Origin: Ostreococcus lucimarinus
Lineage: Eukaryota
DNA length: 64,000 bases
Direction: 5' to 3' (one strand)
NCBI GenBank assembly: GCA_000092065.1
Contig: CP000596.1
The stretch's first letter is position 1, and the number at the start of each line of letters is the position of its first letter. Of this stretch, positions 60,780 through 64,000 are shown in pieces. Under the pieces are notes generated by a model. That model was not told the DNA's origin. It was given only the letters and a program-made list of their open reading frames with translations, and did not search any database. Both the position numbers and the translations under genes were made by a program.

Positions 60780-60966
60780 CGATCGCGATGTTCGATCGAT
60801 CGAGCGCGACGTCGACGCGAACCTCGATCGAGGTTCGCGTCGCGGCCGTCGATCGACGCGGTGAGGTTCGCGCGATCGACGGCGTGGGCGTCGATCGACG
60901 CCGGCGTCGACCGACGGCGGCGGCGGCGCGCGCGCGGCGACAGTGCGCGCGCGCGAATCCCGATCG
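60780..60966. promoter_or_regulatory. cluster of eight CGATCG palindromes (GTCGATCGAC-like) in the bidirectional 5' region between the carrier gene and the DEAD-box helicase gene
   Basis: CGATCG occurs at 60780, 60793, 60797, 60825, 60850, 60873, 60892 and 60961. Base composition predicts far fewer than one copy in 187 bp. Confidence 0.5.
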
Positions 60967-60968
60967 CG

Positions 60969-62603
60969 ATGTCGACGACGACGACGACGACGCGCGCGAG
61001 GGAGGGAAAGGCGCGGAAGCGCGACGCGGCGCGGGAGACGGAGACGGACGAGGCGCGCGCGCGACGTCGCGCGGCGAAGAAGGCGAAGAAGGCGAAGAGG
61101 GCGACGTCGGCGGCGACCGACGCGAGGGCGACGGCGGGGTCGGAGAGCGCGTCGATCGAGGCGCCGAAGACGCCGACGCTGAAACGAATCGCGTCCAAGG
61201 AAGACTTTCGAAGGGAACACGCGATCGAGATTCGGAACGCGTGCGAGAGGACGCGGGATTTGGAACCGTTTACGACGTTCGACGAGGCGGCGTTTCCGAA
61301 ACCGCTGCGAGCGGCGCTGAAAGCGCAGGGATACGACGCGCCGACGCCGATTCAGGCGGAAGCGTGGCCGATATTGCTGAAGGGGAAGGATGTGGTGGCG
61401 ATCGCGAAGACGGGGTCGGGGAAGACGTGTGGGTTTTTGTTGCCGGCGCTGGCGAGCATCGTGGCGAGAGGATCGCAAAAGGCGCCGGAGATGCAGTTGC
61501 TCGATGGACGATGGCGTCCGGGGGCGGTGACGCCGACGGTCATCGTGTTAGCGCCAACGCGGGAGTTGGCGATTCAAATCCACGACGAGTGCGCGAAGTT
61601 TTGCCCCGCCGCGGGGTGCCGCTCGGCGGTGCTCTACGGCGGCGCCGCCAAGGGCGATCAGTTGCGCGCGTTGCGTTCGGGCGCCGACGTCGTCGTCGCC
61701 ACGCCCGGGCGATTGAACGATTTTCTTGAACCACCCCCGGGATTCACCGCGCCCGTGAGCGCGGTGAAGGCGTCGTACGTCGTCCTCGACGAGGCGGATC
61801 GAATGTTGGACATGGGATTTGAGCCGCAGATTAAAAAGATTTTCAAGCTCTGCCCGTCGGCGCGTCAGACGGTGATGTTCACCGCGACGTGGCCGAAAGC
61901 GGTGCAAAAGATTGCAGACTCTTTCACGACGAAGCCGATTCACATTCAAATCGGTAGCGGCGGCGATAAACTCACGGCGAATAAGTCGATTACGCAAACC
62001 GTCGAAGTACTCGAGGAGGAGGAAAAGTTTGACCGTTGCGTCGCCATCCTGAAGAAGGAGCTCGGTAAGGACGACACGTGCATTATGTTTGCCGGCACAA
62101 AGCGTCGATGCGATTTTTTGGACCGCAGATTGAAGCAGTCTGGGTTTTCCTCCGCCGGCGCTATTCACGGCGACAAGGACCAATACGAGCGCGAGATGGT
62201 CCTCGACAACTTTCGTCGCGGTCGTGGCAATATTCTCGTCGCCACTGACGTCGCTGCGCGTGGTTTAGACATTCCTGGCGTCGCAGCGGTTCTCGTGTAC
62301 GATTTTCCGCTCCAAGTGGAGGATTACGTGCACAGAATCGGTCGCACCGGACGCGCCGGGAAGGAGGGCAAGGCGTTCACCTTCTTCACTAAAGATAACC
62401 GTGGCGCCGCAAACGAGCTCATCGATATCCTCCAAGGAGCCGGACAAACCGTACCTTTGGCGCTCCAAGCGATGCAGCGCAAGGGCGGCGGCGGCGGAGG
62501 CGGCCGCGGTTGGTCGGGCGGCCGAGGCCGAGGCGGCGGCCGAGGCCGAGGCGGCGGTCGAGGAGGCGGCGGCAGATTCTCGCGCGGCAACAAAAAGTGG
62601 TGA
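60969..62603 (+). CDS. DEAD-box ATP-dependent RNA helicase (DDX5/Dbp2-like, RGG C-terminus)
   Basis: ATG at 60969 (MSTTTTTTRAREGKARKRD..). Q motif, AKTGSGKT, PTRELA, DEAD, TAT and HRIGRTGRAG motifs, then a [31 protein letters not shown] tail. Confidence 0.9.
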   Translation: MSTTTTTTRAREGKARKRDAARETETDEARARRRAAKKAKKAKRATSAATDARATAGSESASIEAPKTPTLKRIASKEDFRREHAIEIRNACERTRDLEPFTTFDEAAFPKPLRAALKAQGYDAPTPIQAEAWPILLKGKDVVAIAKTGSGKTCGFLLPALASIVARGSQKAPEMQLLDGRWRPGAVTPTVIVLAPTRELAIQIHDECAKFCPAAGCRSAVLYGGAAKGDQLRALRSGADVVVATPGRLNDFLEPPPGFTAPVSAVKASYVVLDEADRMLDMGFEPQIKKIFKLCPSARQTVMFTATWPKAVQKIADSFTTKPIHIQIGSGGDKLTANKSITQTVEVLEEEEKFDRCVAILKKELGKDDTCIMFAGTKRRCDFLDRRLKQSGFSSAGAIHGDKDQYEREMVLDNFRRGRGNILVATDVAARGLDIPGVAAVLVYDFPLQVEDYVHRIGRTGRAGKEGKAFTFFTKDNRGAANELIDILQGAGQTVPLALQAMQRKGGGGGGGRGWSGGRGRGGGRGRGGGRGGGGRFSRGNKKW

Positions 62604-62749
62604 TCGTCTTCGCGTCCCATTCATTCCGCATTATTATATTCGTGTATTGAAATCGTAGTGTATTCGTTCCGCTCGAGAAACGGCGTCGCTCTTCGGCCGC
62701 TTCGACCTCGCCCCGGCGCCGTCCCCACAATCGGACGCGTCGGTCCGTC

Positions 62750-64000
62750 ATGCGCGCCGAAGCCGCGTCGCACGCGACAGCGCGAGAGCACATCGTGCGC
62801 GCGCGTCCACACCGCGCGCGTCGAGCGCCGGCGCGCACAGCTGCGCCATCGTCGTCGCGAATTCGTTCCGTGCGCGAGCCCAACTTGGATAGCGCAGACC
62901 GCGAAGAAATCGCCTCAAACGACGCGCTCAGGCGCGCTCGCGGCGAGACGAGCACGTCGAACGATGACGAGTCAACGATCGCGTCGTTTGTCGCGAGCGC
63001 AGGGGCTCGAGAGACGATAGATTTAGGCGCGCGCGCGTCGTTGGCTGCTGGATGGGACGCTCTGGCGAGACGAGTGCGAGACGCGCGGCGAGACGCCGAT
63101 CGAATGCCGGCGTGCAAGTTTGACAGCGGGTGCTTGCGGTTCGTGATCGATGTGCCGCGAGACGCGCGGGCGCTGCGATGGGTGAGCGAGGTGAGCGGGA
63201 AGGTGAGGAGTGGAACGCCGGCGTTTTATTGGTCGCCACGAGCGAAGACGGCGAGCGGAAGCGCGGTGGGCAAGGGCGGATCAGCGTCGAAGGAGACGGC
63301 GATGGAAACGACGAGGAGTGATAAGTTGGATTTTGACGCCGCACGCGGGTCGCGCGCGGGTTTTGGGTCGTGCGCGACGTGGACGGACGCAGGGAACGAG
63401 GACGAGACGTCATTTCGGCGGCGCATCGCTTCGATGCGGAGGTTTCTAAGCGAGCATAAAGACGCTCGTGCGGGGTCTCGAGTGTATGGCGCCGGAAGGT
63501 TCGATCCTGGTCGCGCGCCCGAGGAGGAGTGGGCGTCGTTCGGGACGCATTATTTCTTTTTGCCCACGCTCGAAGTCGTGGAGGGCGTCAAGAGCGCCAC
63601 GTTGACGGTTTCCGTGGCGTGGGACGCGCGCGGTGAAGAAAACTGCGGTCCATCGGCCAAGTCACTCGTCCAAGCGCTTGATGATGCGTGCGAGACGCTC
63701 AAGCGCTCAATGGGTGTCGAAAAGAGTTCAAACAAGGCGTTACCCCCGGGCGCGGCGCACGTCGTCGACCGTGCGCTGGTGCCCGATCAAGACGGATGGT
63801 CCAAAGACGTGTCCTCCGTCATCAGCCGCATTAGAGTATCGCGAGCATCCGTGAGCGCTAGCGTGCGGGACAAAGAGGATGCCTGGATCGACTTAGGGAG
63901 CAGCTTTGACGAATCAGATTCGCCAGATGTGCGAACGGCGTTAGAATCGCTTGGTCGCGCGGCTGGAGTCGAAGCCCCGAGCGCGGTTCTCGATCAATTC
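62750..64000 (+). CDS. isochorismate synthase (MenF) domain, probably the 5' end of a PHYLLO-type phylloquinone gene; partial, runs off the window
   Basis: It is absent from the ORF track because it has no in-window stop. ATG at 62750 (MRAEAASHATAREHIVRARPHRARRAPARTAAPSSS, transit-peptide-like). ..VIDVPRDARALRWVSEVSGKVRSGTPAFYWSPR.. parallels E. coli MenF ..VIDIPFPLKDAFDALSWLASQQTYPQFYWQQR.. . ..GRFDPGRAPEEEW..HYFFLPTLEV.. parallels ..AFDPSQGNLLLPRLEW.. . Confidence 0.5.
   Translation, partial: MRAEAASHATAREHIVRARPHRARRAPARTAAPSSSRIRSVREPNLDSADREEIASNDALRRARGETSTSNDDESTIASFVASAGARETIDLGARASLAAGWDALARRVRDARRDADRMPACKFDSGCLRFVIDVPRDARALRWVSEVSGKVRSGTPAFYWSPRAKTASGSAVGKGGSASKETAMETTRSDKLDFDAARGSRAGFGSCATWTDAGNEDETSFRRRIASMRRFLSEHKDARAGSRVYGAGRFDPGRAPEEEWASFGTHYFFLPTLEVVEGVKSATLTVSVAWDARGEENCGPSAKSLVQALDDACETLKRSMGVEKSSNKALPPGAAHVVDRALVPDQDGWSKDVSSVISRIRVSRASVSASVRDKEDAWIDLGSSFDESDSPDVRTALESLGRAAGVEAPSAVLDQF

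Noticed and set aside
63481-63510. tRNA-like T-arm string GGTTCGATCC.
   Set aside because: It sits inside the well-supported MenF-like coding frame. No acceptor-stem or anticodon-arm pairing can be built around it, so it is a chance match. I found no convincing tRNA anywhere in the window.

Overview
This 64 kb window is GC-rich (roughly 65-70%) eukaryotic nuclear DNA, not a prokaryotic locus. I could support about 37 protein-coding genes on both strands (about 1.7 kb per gene), no rRNA or tRNA, no CRISPR array, and no obvious transposon ORFs.

The gene content points to a green alga:
- Plant-type genes are present: pheophytinase-like hydrolase, plastid-type FAD6 and delta-9 desaturases, an FAD-oxidase::cyclopropane-fatty-acid-synthase fusion, a GT77-like glycosyltransferase, MAP3K-epsilon, eIF4B, and a PHYLLO/MenF-like gene.
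- Cilium- and cytoskeleton-related coiled-coil proteins are present.
- TGTAA pentamers sit just downstream of several stop codons.
- Genes are tightly packed, including convergent genes whose stop codons touch or overlap.

The most distinctive structure is a family of short spliceosomal introns (102-427 nt). They share a GTGCG(T) donor, a T-depleted GACGCG-type body on the sense strand, and a conserved 3' module GAGACTGACGRA followed 15-35 nt later by CAG. This is what transposon-like introner elements look like in small GC-rich green algae such as Micromonas. Using this signature I re-modelled several genes:
- listerin
- delta-9 desaturase
- HSP70
- a TPX2-like gene with a 17-nt first coding exon
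- CHMP6
- a mitochondrial-carrier gene
- a DnaJ-ankyrin-TPR gene

The six-frame ORF track alone misleads here. Long antisense and Arg-rich ORFs are artefacts of stop-codon-poor GC-rich DNA.

Other observations worth a second look:
- A Golgi glycan-modification cluster: a GT77-like glycosyltransferase head-to-head with two tandemly duplicated type-II Sulfotransfer_2-like sulfotransferases.
- A 1227-aa FAD-oxidase-CFA-synthase protein with an extra roughly 330-aa multi-transmembrane C-terminal domain.
- A divergent SDP1-like TAG lipase / PTS2-bearing citrate synthase pair sharing about 210 bp.
- An eightfold cluster of CGATCG palindromes in a bidirectional promoter, with the same motif immediately upstream of two other ATGs.

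All functional calls come from reading the translated sequence myself. No database search was run.
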